Part shown: in pieces, positions 17,531 to 28,493 of the stretch
Layout of the letters: every line of letters begins with the position of its first letter
Numbering within the stretch: position 1 is the stretch's first letter
NCBI GenBank assembly: GCA_041746575.1
Contig: JBGTGT010000037.1
Location: 1-34,430 of the forward strand
Source of the DNA: Microcystaceae cyanobacterium
Lineage (GTDB): Bacteria > Cyanobacteriota > Cyanobacteriia > Cyanobacteriales > Microcystaceae
Reading direction: 5' to 3'
DNA: 34,430 nt
Translations under genes and position numbers: made by a program
The notes under the pieces: generated by a model
Told to the model about the DNA's origin: nothing
Databases searched by the model: none
What the model saw: the letters and a program-made list of their open reading frames with translations, nothing else

Positions 17531-18961
17531 TTAATTTTGGGCTTCTGCCGGACGTTGATTGGCTTGATGTTGAGCAGGATTTACCATAATGCCTTGAGGC
17601 GAGGGTAAGTCTAAATTCGGTCCATTACGAATAATGCGACTGCCAAAATACAAGGTAGCAGTAAAGAGAACAAGATAAAGACTGGTTAACCCAATTAAAG
17701 AGAATAAAACCTCTCCGGCGGGTAAATTTGAGGCAGAATCTACGGTTCGTAACTCTCCATAGACAATCCACGGCTGTCGACCGACGCAACGCACAATCCA
17801 TCCTGATTCTACGGCGAGATATCCTAAGGGTGCTGTCCAAATCCACGACGCCATTAGCCATTTTTGCTGTTTTATGCCTTCAACAGATAATTTTCCTCGT
17901 AGCCATTGCACCACAGTTACTGCCATTAACGCCCCGAAAAATAAACCAATTCCCACCATTAGACGGAAAGAATAGTAAATTAAACCCACCATGTGGGGAC
18001 GATTTGAGGATTCCCACGATTTTAATCCTTGTACGGGTTGGTCTAAGGTGGGCTTCAGTTCTAAAATATAGCTCAATGCCCCCGGAATAGTGATTTCCCA
18101 GTCATTTTGTTCTTTTTTGTCATTAGGCAAGGCGATGAGACTCCAATCGGCTGATTTTCCTGCCGGAATCGTTTCCCATTGAGCTTCCATCGCCGCTAGT
18201 TTAGTGGGTTGATAGCGATACACTTGTTCGGCACTGAGATGACCGATAAAAATCTGTAATGGGGCAACAGCAATGATAATAATTAAAACCACCTTAAGAG
18301 ATTTTAAGTAAAAGTCTACATGACGTTTGTTAAACAAATACCATGCGCTAATTCCGCCGATTACGAATAGAGACGTTTCTAAGGTAGCGAAAAACATATG
18401 CAAGAAACTATTAACCATGAAGGGATTCGCAATGGCGGCAAAGTAATTTTGCACAATAAACTTTCCGTTGACAAATTCTCCACCAGCAGGGGTTTGTAAC
18501 CAAGAATTTGCACTCAGAATCCAGAAAGTCGAAAGATTTGCACCAAAAGCGACTAAAATAGTGGCAAGCCAATGCACAAGCGGCGGAACTCGTTCCCATC
18601 CAAATAACATAATGCCGAGAAAGCTAGCTTCTAGCATAAAGGCCATCGTTCCTTCAAAGCCAAGGACTGTGCCGAAGAAATCTCCGACCGATTCCGAAAA
18701 GGGCGCCCAATTTAAGCCAAATTGAAAGGCCATCGGTAATCCAGTCGCAACCCCAATGCCAAAGTTGAGAACGTAGAGTTTTGCCCAAAAGCGAGCATGA
18801 TGATAATAGACAATATTACGGGTTTTCAGCCATAATCCTTCAATAATAACCAAATAAATAGCCATTCCTGTGGTTAATACCGGCCAAAGCATATGAAAAA
18901 TGGCAGTCAGGGCAAATTGCAGTCGCGAAAGAGCGACGGTATCGGACAGAAAACCAGTCAT
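17531..18961 (-). CDS. cydA: Cytochrome bd quinol oxidase subunit I
   Basis: Motifs LSRLQFA..H, FGIGVATG, QPTKLAAME and GRQPW. Start moved to ATG 18961 (MTGFLSD). Confidence 0.95.
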   Translation of the reverse strand: MTGFLSDTVALSRLQFALTAIFHMLWPVLTTGMAIYLVIIEGLWLKTRNIVYYHHARFWAKLYVLNFGIGVATGLPMAFQFGLNWAPFSESVGDFFGTVLGFEGTMAFMLEASFLGIMLFGWERVPPLVHWLATILVAFGANLSTFWILSANSWLQTPAGGEFVNGKFIVQNYFAAIANPFMVNSFLHMFFATLETSLFVIGGISAWYLFNKRHVDFYLKSLKVVLIIIIAVAPLQIFIGHLSAEQVYRYQPTKLAAMEAQWETIPAGKSADWSLIALPNDKKEQNDWEITIPGALSYILELKPTLDQPVQGLKSWESSNRPHMVGLIYYSFRLMVGIGLFFGALMAVTVVQWLRGKLSVEGIKQQKWLMASWIWTAPLGYLAVESGWIVRCVGRQPWIVYGELRTVDSASNLPAGEVLFSLIGLTSLYLVLFTATLYFGSRIIRNGPNLDLPSPQGIMVNPAQHQANQRPAEAQN

Positions 18962-19142
18962 GTGAATTTTTGAGAATAAATGTGTATGAAGATTAAGCGT
19001 TCTTTTAGTTTGTAACAAATTCTTTTTGATGAAAGCAAGCGACAGCGCGTCAAACTTGTTAAATTTACAGATTCTCTTTATAATTTCTGGGTATTCTTTG
19101 CTTGTCAAGAAATTATCTTAAAATCAATCAGAATGAGGAATT

Positions 19143-19904
19143 ATGGCGGAACTTAAAGCATTAATTTTTGACGTGGATGGTACATTAGCTGAAACCGAAA
19201 AAGACGGTCATCGGGTAGCGTTTAATCAGGCGTTTCAACAATTGGGATTAGATTGGCAATGGTCGGTGGATTTATACGGTCAGTTAACCGAAATTTCTGG
19301 AGGAAAAGAACGAATTGGTTATTATATTGAAACCTATCAAGCGAATTTTAAGGGTAGCGAATCTTTAGACGATTTTATTCCTCGTTTGCATCAGTGCAAA
19401 ACACAACTTTATCAACAATTATTAGTGACAGGCTCAATTCCTTTACGATTAGGGGTTAAGCGTTTATTAACTGAAGCCAAAGAGCAGGGAATTCGCTTAG
19501 CAATCGCCACTACCAGTGCGTTACCTAATGCTTTAGCCTTAATCGAAAAACACCTTAATCCATCTTGGTTTGAAGTGATTGCCGCCGGGGATATTGTTCC
19601 TCATAAAAAACCCGAACCTGATATCTATTATTATGTCTTAGATAAGCTTAATTTAGAACCTCAAAATTGTTTGGTTTTTGAAGATTCTTGTCAAGGTTTA
19701 ACAGCTTCAACACGAGCAGGATTAAAAACAATTATTACTGTCAATGACTACACAATTAATCATGATTTTAATCATGCTATGTTAGTTTTGAATCATTTAG
19801 GTGAACCCCATCAAAATTGTGAAATTTTACAGGGCAAAGATATTACTTTTCCTTATTTAACGGTTCAAAAACTTATTCAACTTAACTCACCCGACCTAAT
19901 TTAA
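19143..19904 (+). CDS. HAD-IA hydrolase, CbbY-like
   Basis: Motifs FDVDGTLAETE.DGHRVAFN, GGKERI, KKPEPDIY and EDS. Confidence 0.9.
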   Translation: MAELKALIFDVDGTLAETEKDGHRVAFNQAFQQLGLDWQWSVDLYGQLTEISGGKERIGYYIETYQANFKGSESLDDFIPRLHQCKTQLYQQLLVTGSIPLRLGVKRLLTEAKEQGIRLAIATTSALPNALALIEKHLNPSWFEVIAAGDIVPHKKPEPDIYYYVLDKLNLEPQNCLVFEDSCQGLTASTRAGLKTIITVNDYTINHDFNHAMLVLNHLGEPHQNCEILQGKDITFPYLTVQKLIQLNSPDLI

Positions 19905-20752
19905 ATACTCAAAAATGAGCGAACATGATTCAAATACGTCTCCGCATCTTCTAACATCGGAAAATGAGAAGTTTCTGCCATTTCTATAAATTCAATTTTC
20001 TCGTTCAACTCAGCCGCTTTTCGTCCCATTTCAGCAGAAATAATTTGGTCTTTTTCACCCGAAATAATTAAAGTTGGCACTTGAATCATGGCAAATTTTT
20101 CAGGCATAATATCCACAGCTTTCTTACTCACTGATGTATGAATTGTGCCTAGTGCCGCTTCATATTCTGCCATTAAGAAATCTTCTAAGAATGCTTTTTG
20201 TTCTAAAATATCAATCGAACGATTCAAGAAACGTGCCATAAACATTCGTTCCATAAAAGGAATTTTGAGAAACCAAGGATAGCGAAACTTAACGACATAT
20301 CCCCCAAACCGGTGGAAAGCATTAAATGCTTTTTCATCATAGTCAAAAATCCCGCTACAGGTTAAAATTGCCCGTTCAACTTTATGAGGATATAAAGTTA
20401 AAAAAATCGCCGCAATAGATGCCCCCATTGAATGGCTATTAAGATACACCTTATTCAGGTTGAGTTGCTCAATTAAACAAGATAAATCCTCCGCATAGGT
20501 TTCGAGTTCGTAATCTAAACTGAGGGGAGATAAGGGAAGTTTAGAACGACCAAATCCTCTTAAATCGTATAATAAACAATCAAAGCGATCGCACAAATTA
20601 CTTGCCGTCTGCCGCCAATAACGACCTGAGCCACCCCATCCGTGTAAAAATATCATAACGGGCTTTTTGTCTGTCTGACTCGGATGGCAAATCCATTCGG
20701 AGTAATGCTCCACCCCTCTAATCTTAATTGTTTGTTCTTGTATTTGGATCAT
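19901..20752 (-). CDS. Alpha/beta fold hydrolase
   Basis: Motifs FLHGWGG, DLRGFGRS, HSMG nucleophile elbow and C-terminal SHFP. Confidence 0.9.
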   Translation of the reverse strand: MIQIQEQTIKIRGVEHYSEWICHPSQTDKKPVMIFLHGWGGSGRYWRQTASNLCDRFDCLLYDLRGFGRSKLPLSPLSLDYELETYAEDLSCLIEQLNLNKVYLNSHSMGASIAAIFLTLYPHKVERAILTCSGIFDYDEKAFNAFHRFGGYVVKFRYPWFLKIPFMERMFMARFLNRSIDILEQKAFLEDFLMAEYEAALGTIHTSVSKKAVDIMPEKFAMIQVPTLIISGEKDQIISAEMGRKAAELNEKIEFIEMAETSHFPMLEDAETYLNHVRSFLSI

Positions 20753-20823
20753 AAATTAAGGGTATAATTCTTTAACATCTTACTATAGCAAAAATTTAGC
20801 CCCTTATCTTCTAAGGAATTAGC

Positions 20824-21909
20824 GTGAAATTTGGACAATGGCTAGGATTTATTGGTTTACTGATATCCTTTTATATTCTCTGGCAAATTCGTCAATTATT
20901 ACTATTGATTTTTACAGCGATTATTTTGGCAACTGCATTAAATCGCATTGTGCGCTGGTTAAAAAACCATAAAATTCCACGTAGTTGGGCAATTTTGATC
21001 ACTTTTTATGGTTTAATTGGGTTGATTGTTCTCTCATTTCAGTTAATTGTTCCTCCTTTTGCTGAACAATTTCAAAATCTACTGGATTTACTCCCCGATG
21101 CTTGGACGAAATTACGACTTATTTTACTAGATTTAAAACAAAACCAGTTTAAATTTGACTGGCTTCCCGCTCCACCAACAACAACGGAGTTAATTAAGCA
21201 ATTTCAACCGCTAGGAACTCAATTGTTTAAAAATTTCTTTGCAATCTTTTCAAATTCAGTTACCATTATTTTACAAATATTATTTATTTCAATTTTTACC
21301 TTATTTATGGTAATTGATCCCCAAGCTTATCGTCGTAAAGCGTTGAAACTTTTTCCTTCTTTTTATCGCCAGCGCGCCGATGAAATTTTAACCCAATCAG
21401 AGATTGCTTTAGGAAATTGGTTACAGGGAACAATGATTAATTGTATTTTTATTGGACTTTTGAGCGGTATTGGCTTACTTATTTTAGGGGTTAATCTGGT
21501 TTTGGTTCATGCCCTTTTAGCAGGATTATTAAATTTTATTCCCAATATTGGACCTGCCACCAGTGTCATCTTTCCAATTATGATTGCTTTATTAGATAAA
21601 CCGTGGAAAATTATTGCCATTTTAGTTTGGTATTTCATTATTCAAAATATTGAAAGTTATCTTTTGACCCCTACGGTAATGGCCAAACAAGTATCGCTAT
21701 TGCCTGCCGTTACGTTGCTTGCACAAATTTTCTTTGCTCAAACCTTTGGTTTGCTAGGATTATTATTAGCCCTCCCTTTAACTGTTGTTGCTAAAACATG
21801 GATTGATGAAGTAATCTTTAAAGATATTCTAGATCAATGGCAACATTCGTCTGTTTTTGTTTCGTCTTCTAAAAAGAAGAGAATAACAAATTCCTCTCAA
21901 GTCAACTAA
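20824..21909 (+). CDS. AI-2E family transporter
   Basis: Multi-pass membrane protein with NFIPNIGP, IQNIESYLLTP and FGLLGLLLALPL. Confidence 0.9.
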   Translation: MKFGQWLGFIGLLISFYILWQIRQLLLLIFTAIILATALNRIVRWLKNHKIPRSWAILITFYGLIGLIVLSFQLIVPPFAEQFQNLLDLLPDAWTKLRLILLDLKQNQFKFDWLPAPPTTTELIKQFQPLGTQLFKNFFAIFSNSVTIILQILFISIFTLFMVIDPQAYRRKALKLFPSFYRQRADEILTQSEIALGNWLQGTMINCIFIGLLSGIGLLILGVNLVLVHALLAGLLNFIPNIGPATSVIFPIMIALLDKPWKIIAILVWYFIIQNIESYLLTPTVMAKQVSLLPAVTLLAQIFFAQTFGLLGLLLALPLTVVAKTWIDEVIFKDILDQWQHSSVFVSSSKKKRITNSSQVN

Positions 21910-21928
21910 ACACATAAACGATTAAATA

Positions 21929-22783
21929 ATGATTAAATTTTTTGCGAAACTGTGTTTAATCAGCGTCATGGGCATGATGATCACATCACCTGCCTTTAGT
22001 TTGCCCGTATTAGAAGAAATCAAAACCACAGGCTTGCTCAAAGCCGCTACTAGGGAAGATGCCGTTCCCTTTGGTTATCGAGATTTAAACAATAATTTAT
22101 CGGGCTTTTGTCTGGATTTAATTGAGCTAATTAGACAAGAAGTGATTGAAAGCTTAAATCAAGAAATTATATCTATTAGACTTTTCAAATCTAGTTTATT
22201 TAATCGCTTTGAATTAGTCGAAGACCGTGCTGTTCATTTAGAATGTGGGCCAAATACGATTCGTCCTCTCACAAATCGTTCTGTACAGTTTTCTGAGCCT
22301 TTTTTTGTCACAGGCACTCAATTTCTTATTAAAGCAGAAGCTCAAAAAAAGTTTGATTTTAATCGCTCTCTAGAGGGGGTAGTAATTGGGGTTTTAAAGG
22401 ATAGTACCAATCAAAAAAGAATTGAAGAAAGATACCCTCAAGCAACCATCAGAGAATTTTTAGGCATTACAGGAAGGTTACGGGGAATTCAAGCGTTAAA
22501 AGAGGATAGAATTGATGCTTTTGCCAGTGATGGTATTTTACTAATTGGAGAATCCGTACTAATGGGACTTGTTTTAGGCGATGATTATCTATTAGTCCCT
22601 TCTGTTCCCTTAGAATGTGATTATTATGGGTTAATTCTACCCAATAATGATCCCCAATGGAAAGCACTAATTGACCGCAGTATCGAAAAAGCTCGTGAAC
22701 AACAAATCTTTCGAGAATGGATTGGCGTCATTATTCCAGAAATTAGAGACAGCTATCAATACTGTCGTCAACAACCTCGTTAA
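21929..22783 (+). CDS. Amino-acid ABC substrate-binding protein (family 3), orphan
   Basis: Signal peptide; REDAVPFGY, RFELV, LECG, FSEPFF and IDAFASD. Confidence 0.85.
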   Translation: MIKFFAKLCLISVMGMMITSPAFSLPVLEEIKTTGLLKAATREDAVPFGYRDLNNNLSGFCLDLIELIRQEVIESLNQEIISIRLFKSSLFNRFELVEDRAVHLECGPNTIRPLTNRSVQFSEPFFVTGTQFLIKAEAQKKFDFNRSLEGVVIGVLKDSTNQKRIEERYPQATIREFLGITGRLRGIQALKEDRIDAFASDGILLIGESVLMGLVLGDDYLLVPSVPLECDYYGLILPNNDPQWKALIDRSIEKAREQQIFREWIGVIIPEIRDSYQYCRQQPR

Positions 22784-22937
22784 TTGAGTCGAAAGAAGCA
22801 GTTGTGATCATTACCTATTGTCAATTATTAAGGGTTAAATCCATCCGTTAGGCATAAATCTTGCTAGAATCCAATTATCTCCTCATGTCTTTTACCCATA
22901 CGAATGCCTTCCTGACCCTTTACTCTGTATCTTGGAA

Positions 22938-23540
22938 ATGTTGCTGAAACGTTCTTCGACAAAAATTCCTCAAAAATCTAGATTATTACCAAAAAGATGG
23001 CGAATTTTTTTACTATTATGGATTAGTCTCTCTCTATTGACCTATAAGTATTTCCAACGTCTGTGGGTAAAACCGGAAGCGATTTTAGTGCTAGGCGGAC
23101 ACGAAGATAGGGAACGATTTGCTGCTAAATTTGCCCAAAACTATCCCAATTTACCGATCTGGATATCGTCAGGAAGTCCAGAAGCTTATATTGAGCGAAT
23201 TTTTATCAAAGCAGGGGTCGACCTTCGTCGGGTTCATTTGAACTATCAAGCAAAAGATACCGTCACGAACTTTACCACCCTTGTCGGTGAACTGAAAGCC
23301 CACAAAATTGATAGTGTCTATCTCGTCACTTCCGATAGCCACATGAGACGGGCTAGACTGATAGGAGAAATTATTTTTGGCAGTCAGGGTATTGTTATTG
23401 TCCCTTTAACGGTTCATTCTCCCACTGCCGATGAACCCCTTGAAAAAATCATTCGAGATGGGGCAAGGGCAATTTTATGGGTGATGACGGGAGAAACAGG
23501 AGAAAGTCTGATTTATCAATTTAAAAAAACGTCTTTATAA
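22938..23540 (+). CDS. YdcF/DUF218 family protein
   Basis: Motifs ILVLGG, DTVTNF and LVTSDSHMRRA; N-terminal TM. Start ATG 22938 or TTG 22932. Confidence 0.88.
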   Translation: MLLKRSSTKIPQKSRLLPKRWRIFLLLWISLSLLTYKYFQRLWVKPEAILVLGGHEDRERFAAKFAQNYPNLPIWISSGSPEAYIERIFIKAGVDLRRVHLNYQAKDTVTNFTTLVGELKAHKIDSVYLVTSDSHMRRARLIGEIIFGSQGIVIVPLTVHSPTADEPLEKIIRDGARAILWVMTGETGESLIYQFKKTSL

Positions 23541-23547
23541 CTAAAAA

Positions 23548-24951
23548 ATGTCAGCCGATAACCATATTGATGTAGATTGGTTTACCCGTCTTCAAGAAGA
23601 TTTAAATTATCAACAAGCCCAACAGTCTCTCAGAAACTTAGTCCAACATTTAGACCTCTGTGATGATGAAAAAAAAGGATTAGAGACAGAAATAAACCAT
23701 CTTAGCGAAATGTTAGAGCGTTTAGACCAATTTGTCGTTCAAATCGCCGCTTTTGGACTTGTGGGACGGGGTAAATCCTCCCTTCTTAATGCCTTAGTCG
23801 GACACTCCCTTTTTCAAACAGGCCCCTTACATGGGGTGACGCAAACTGTCGAAAGCACGAAATGGGTGTTAACAGAAGATGAAAACCTCGAAAATGTGCA
23901 ACGTTTGACCTTATTAGGCTTAGGAAATAGCAAAATTCACCTGATTGATACTCCCGGCTTAGATGAGGTTGCAGGAGAAGCCAGAGAAGCCTTAGCGTGT
24001 GAAATGGCCAAGAAAGTTGACTTAATTCTCTTTGTTATTGCTGGAGATATTACGAACGTTGAATATCAAGCGTTATCGAAACTGAGAGAAGCAGGAAAGC
24101 CTATTATCCTTGTTTTTAACAAAATTGATCAATATCCTGAGGCCGACCGTTTGGCCATCTATCAGAAAATTTGTGATGAAAGGGTAAAGCAACTCCTCTC
24201 CCCCGATGAGATTGTTATGGTGTCTGCGTCTCCTTTAGAGACAGAGGCGATTAAAAATGCGATAGGAAGGGTCAAAATTGAGCGTAAACGGGGAAAACCC
24301 CAGATTGATGACTTAAAACTCAAAATTATTGAAATCCTACAGCGTGAAGGCAAATCCTTAGTGGCTTTGAATACCCTATTGGTGGCCGACGAAGTTAATG
24401 AGCAAATTGTGCAGAGAAAGATGGAAATCCGAGAAGAAAGAGCCAATCAACTGATATATCAAGGAATGATGATTAAAGCCAGTGCGATCGCCCTCAATCC
24501 GGTTACAGTGCTGGATCTTTTTTCGGGGGCGGTGATCGACGTTGCCCTGATTTTATCACTTTCCCGTTTTTATAACCTACCCATGACGCAACGGGCGGCC
24601 ATTGGCTTACTGCAAAAAATTGGCGTGAGTATGGGCGGCATTAGTGCTAGTGAATTTTTAGCGTCTTTAGGCTTAAGTTCTCTCAAAGGGTTATTGGGCA
24701 TTACAATTCCGCTTTCAGGCGGCTTATCTCTTGCACCCTATCTTTCTGTTGCAATTACACAAGCAAGTGTAGCGGGAGTAACCTCTTATGCCATCGGACA
24801 AATTACCAAAACCTACCTAGCCAACGGCGCATCTTGGGGAGAAGATGGCACAAAAGCCGTAGTTAAGCGTATTTTAACCTCTTTAGACGAAACCTCTATC
24901 CTTAATCGCATTAAATGGGAATTAGGCGAAAAACTAAACTATAAGCTTTGA
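23548..24951 (+). CDS. Era/HSR1-like GTPase with C-terminal YcjF/DUF697-like region
   Basis: G1 GLVGRGKS, G3 DTPG, G4 NKID; hydrophobic C-terminal region. Confidence 0.88.
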   Translation: MSADNHIDVDWFTRLQEDLNYQQAQQSLRNLVQHLDLCDDEKKGLETEINHLSEMLERLDQFVVQIAAFGLVGRGKSSLLNALVGHSLFQTGPLHGVTQTVESTKWVLTEDENLENVQRLTLLGLGNSKIHLIDTPGLDEVAGEAREALACEMAKKVDLILFVIAGDITNVEYQALSKLREAGKPIILVFNKIDQYPEADRLAIYQKICDERVKQLLSPDEIVMVSASPLETEAIKNAIGRVKIERKRGKPQIDDLKLKIIEILQREGKSLVALNTLLVADEVNEQIVQRKMEIREERANQLIYQGMMIKASAIALNPVTVLDLFSGAVIDVALILSLSRFYNLPMTQRAAIGLLQKIGVSMGGISASEFLASLGLSSLKGLLGITIPLSGGLSLAPYLSVAITQASVAGVTSYAIGQITKTYLANGASWGEDGTKAVVKRILTSLDETSILNRIKWELGEKLNYKL

Positions 24952-25033
24952 TTATCCATTTGAAAATTGGCATTGTCAAAATTAACTTGAAATTGAACCC
25001 CCAATCTGCTTATAATAGTAAGTCGGGAATCTT

Positions 25034-25107
25034 CGGGGCGTAGCGCAGCTTGGTAGCGCACTACTTTGGGGTAGTAGGGGTCGTGAGTTCGAATCTCGCC
25101 GCTCCGA
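25034..25107 (+). tRNA. tRNA-Pro(GGG)
   Basis: Cloverleaf: acceptor cggggcg/cgctccg, anticodon arm ctact-ttGGGgt-agtag, T-loop GTTCGAATC; CCA not encoded. Promoter TTGAAA-18 bp-TATAAT at 24987-25016. Confidence 0.96.
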
Positions 25108-25200
25108 TTCAAAAGAGACCATCAATCACACGGATTTATCTTAGATTTCGCTCTCATCCATTGAAGTCTAAGATGAAAGTGTCAACATGGGAAAAGTACG

Positions 25201-26460
25201 ATGAAAAGTCCGCTGAGCATCTTCTTAATAGGTATTTCAGCCTTAATTAGCTTAACAGGGTTTATTTACCTCGAAATTTTCTCTTTTTCAGTTCACGCCA
25301 ACGAAAGCACGGGTTATCTGATGACGCAACAGCATGATTCCCCTGATAACCGCTTAAAACAAGCTTACACTCGATTTGGCTTAAATCTCTTCACCGCCAT
25401 GACTAAGGATAAAATAGCGGAAAATATCTTAATTTCCCCCCCTAGTGTGGCAATTGCCCTTTCTCTGCTTTACAATGGGGCAAGTGGGCAAACTCAACAA
25501 GAAATGTCCCAAGTGTTAGCCTTACAAGGCATGACTTTAACGCAAATTAACCAAGCTAATCAACGATTTCAGAAAAGTTTAGACCGTTCGGACCAAGGGG
25601 TCAACATTCATTCAGCAAACTCCCTCTGGGTGAGACAGGGCGTGGCGTTACGTCACAGTTTTCTTCGCAACAATCGCAACTATTATCAAGCAGAAGTCAC
25701 CAATTTAAACTTTAATAATCCTCAAGCCGTTGGTATTATTAATCGTTGGGTATCTCAGCAAACTCAGCGAAAAATTACAGAAATCATCGATAAAATCAGT
25801 CCAAATGATATTCTTTTTTTAATTAATGCGATTTATTTCAAAGGTGTTTGGCAATCTCCTTTTAATGCTGATTTGACTGAATCCGACACTTTTTATCTTA
25901 GCAATGGGAAGACCGAAAAACATCTTTTTATGATAAAACAGGGGGACTTTCTCTATCAAGAAACGACTTATTTCCAAGCCGTTAGTTTACCTTATGGTGA
26001 TACAGACTGGCGATTTGATCTCTTCTTGCCAAAAGAAAACAGTAACTTAAAAAACATAATTATCCAGCTTAATGAGACAAACTGGAATCAATGGCTAAAA
26101 CGTTTTAAAAAAAAAGAAGGATTCTTAAAAGTCCCTCGCTTTCAGTCAGAATTTGTAACAGACTTAACGCCTACGTTGAAAGCATTAGGCATGAAGACAG
26201 CGTTTATCGCAAACAAAGCGAATTTTAGCCAAATGACCTCTGATCAGGTGGTAGTTGATAGCATTAGGCACAAAACCTTTATTGAGGTCAATGAAGAGGG
26301 AACAGAAGCGGCCGCCGTGACTTCTATCGGGGTTAGGGTTACTTCTGCTTTGCCCTCTGCCGATCCCTTTAAAATGATTGCAAATCGCCCTTTTTTCTAC
26401 ACAATTCGTCAGGCCAAAACAGGTACAATTCTGTTTATCGGAATCATGGCTAATCCTTAA
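25201..26460 (+). CDS. Serpin family protein, exported
   Basis: Motifs NILISP, LINAIYFKG.W, hinge EEGTEAAAVT and NRPFFY; N-terminal hydrophobic segment. Confidence 0.95.
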   Translation: MKSPLSIFLIGISALISLTGFIYLEIFSFSVHANESTGYLMTQQHDSPDNRLKQAYTRFGLNLFTAMTKDKIAENILISPPSVAIALSLLYNGASGQTQQEMSQVLALQGMTLTQINQANQRFQKSLDRSDQGVNIHSANSLWVRQGVALRHSFLRNNRNYYQAEVTNLNFNNPQAVGIINRWVSQQTQRKITEIIDKISPNDILFLINAIYFKGVWQSPFNADLTESDTFYLSNGKTEKHLFMIKQGDFLYQETTYFQAVSLPYGDTDWRFDLFLPKENSNLKNIIIQLNETNWNQWLKRFKKKEGFLKVPRFQSEFVTDLTPTLKALGMKTAFIANKANFSQMTSDQVVVDSIRHKTFIEVNEEGTEAAAVTSIGVRVTSALPSADPFKMIANRPFFYTIRQAKTGTILFIGIMANP

Positions 26461-26517
26461 ATTTCAGATAATGGGTTATTTATTTAAGGTGGGTTTCCGA
26501 ACTTAACTCATGTTATT

Positions 26518-27540
26518 TTATTGTAAAAATTCAACCAACTCAGTTAGTTTTTGCCACGCTAGTCCGCTTTTGAGAATCTCTTTCGCTTTTTCGATTCCTT
26601 GTTGATGTTCTTCCATTGCCACAACCTTAGCAACCTGTAAGGCAAACGAAGCATTCAAAGCCACCGCATCAGTTTGGGCAAGTGTTCCCCTTCCTTGAAG
26701 AACGTTTTGCAAAATTTCTTTATTTTCAAGTAAATCTCCCCCCTTTAAAGCACTTAAAGGCATATTTAGCAAGCCAACTTCTTCAGGATTGACTGTACTC
26801 ATTTTGACTTGACCATCGGTTAAAATTGCCAAATCAGTAATATCGCCTAATCCCCCTTCGTCTAATTTTTCTCGTCCATGTAACACCATCCCCTGAGAAA
26901 TGCCAAGAAGTTGTAACGCCTCCGCCATCGGCATGAGAAATTGGGGAGAATAAACCCCAATAATTTGCCCTGTCGGACGAAGCGGATTAACTAGAGGTCC
27001 TAATAAATTGAAAACGGTGCGAACCTTTAAGATTTTTCGTAAATTTGCCACACTTTTGAGGGCAGGGTGCCAACCGGGGGCAAATAGAAAGGTAATCCCT
27101 ACCTCCGTTAAAGCAGTCTCTACCTTGTCTATGGCGGCCGTTAAATTCACGCCTAACGATTCTAAAACATCCGCCGACCCTACTTTACTCGAAGCTGAAC
27201 GGTTACCATGTTTAGCAACCTTTACCCCTGCTGCTGCGACTACAAAAGCGACTGCTGTCGAGATATTAAAGGTTGAAGCCCCGTCTCCCCCAGTTCCACA
27301 CGTATCAATCACAGAAGTATGATGGCTAATAGGGGTTTGATAAAGAGATTGTGATTGCAAAACCCCAGCCATTCCCGCTAATTCTGAAGCAGAAACCCCT
27401 TTTGCTTGAATGGCGGCTAAAATTGCTCCTGAAACGACATCGGGAATTTCACCTTTTAACCATCCTTCCATCAATTGACCCGCTTGATCTTGAGAAAGAG
27501 ATTGTTTATCTAAAAGTTGTTGTAGAATGTCTATCATCAT
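26518..27540 (-). CDS. trpD: Anthranilate phosphoribosyltransferase
   Basis: Motifs [20 protein letters not shown] and [12 protein letters not shown]. Confidence 0.97.
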   Translation of the reverse strand: MMIDILQQLLDKQSLSQDQAGQLMEGWLKGEIPDVVSGAILAAIQAKGVSASELAGMAGVLQSQSLYQTPISHHTSVIDTCGTGGDGASTFNISTAVAFVVAAAGVKVAKHGNRSASSKVGSADVLESLGVNLTAAIDKVETALTEVGITFLFAPGWHPALKSVANLRKILKVRTVFNLLGPLVNPLRPTGQIIGVYSPQFLMPMAEALQLLGISQGMVLHGREKLDEGGLGDITDLAILTDGQVKMSTVNPEEVGLLNMPLSALKGGDLLENKEILQNVLQGRGTLAQTDAVALNASFALQVAKVVAMEEHQQGIEKAKEILKSGLAWQKLTELVEFLQ

Positions 27541-27758
27541 TATTGACCTAAATCCGTCAGCAATTACCCTTATTAATTGTCTATCGAGACCGACCAGAAA
27601 ACAAGAAGAAAAGAAAAGTGAATTTTAATCTTGCAGTAAAGGGTTAACGAATTTCAATTTATTGTCAATGATATCATCAAGCAGAAATGAGGTTTGATAA
27701 GCTAGAAGGATTGGGGACCATGATGAATATAAAAGTATCCCCAAATTAAACATTTATA

Positions 27759-28428
27759 ATGCTAATTACTGTCAGCGAAGATACCTTAATACTAGCACCG
27801 GGTAATGGGGTGATTTTTCCTCAGCAAACGTGGAAAGACTACGAAGAATTGTTGAATATCCGTTAACCCCAAAAATATCCCAAATTATCTTTGTAATGCT
27901 AAAACTCGACAACTTCACCTTATATCCCCTTTACCCAGTCACGGCAAGTGCATTGATACCCTCCGAGATTTAGTCAAAATTCTTTTACGTCGGAAGGGCA
28001 GAGATTGGGAGTGTTTTGAGCCAATTACTCTAAAAATAACGCTTAAAGCAGGTTTAGAACCCGATACGTGTTTTTATCTCGCCAAGAGACAAGCCATCTT
28101 AGGAAAAGATAAAATTGATTTAACCCTTGATCCGCCGCCTGATTTAGCCATAGAAGTTGATTGTACCTCAATTACCGACGTAGAAGTCTATAAATTGCTT
28201 AAAATTCCAGAGTTATGGGTCTATTGTCAGGAAAGTCTAAAGATTTATCTTTTGCAAGGAGAACATTATCAAGAAAGCGAAGAAAGTCGCCTTTTTCCTG
28301 ATCTGAATCTTCCGAAGATTTTACCCTATTATATTGAACTCGCTTGGACTCAAGGTTCAAGTGTTGCCTTGCGTCAATTTGAAGCGTTAGATAATTTCGA
28401 TGAGTCAATACCGGGCGATTTAGATTAA
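27759..28428 (+). pseudogene. Uma2-family endonuclease pseudogene
   Basis: ATG 27759 reads MLITV...QTWKDYEELL; TAA at 27864-27866; +1 frameshift near 27890; then GLEPDTCFY...DPPPDLAIEVD...IPELWVY to 28428. Confidence 0.88.
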
Positions 28429-28443
28429 TATGCTTTTACTTGG

Positions 28444-28481
28444 TTCCCCTAAAGACATTAACAATAACCTCTTTAGGGGAA
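28444..28481. terminator. 12-bp perfect hairpin between convergent genes
   Basis: ttcccctaaaga (28444-28455) pairs with tctttaggggaa (28470-28481); 12 nt past the peptide stop. Confidence 0.7.
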
Positions 28482-28493
28482 AAGCAACTGAGA

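Noticed and set aside
18962..19108. N-terminal extension of cydA in the ORF track
   Set aside because: CydA similarity begins at MTGFLSD (18961); the extension runs through the divergent promoter region.
25082..25092. The tRNA T-arm cgtgagttcga equals 11 bp of the MITE TIR, suggesting an att site
   Set aside because: GTTCGA is the universal T-loop. There is no integrase and no duplicated tRNA 3' end, so this is likely coincidence.
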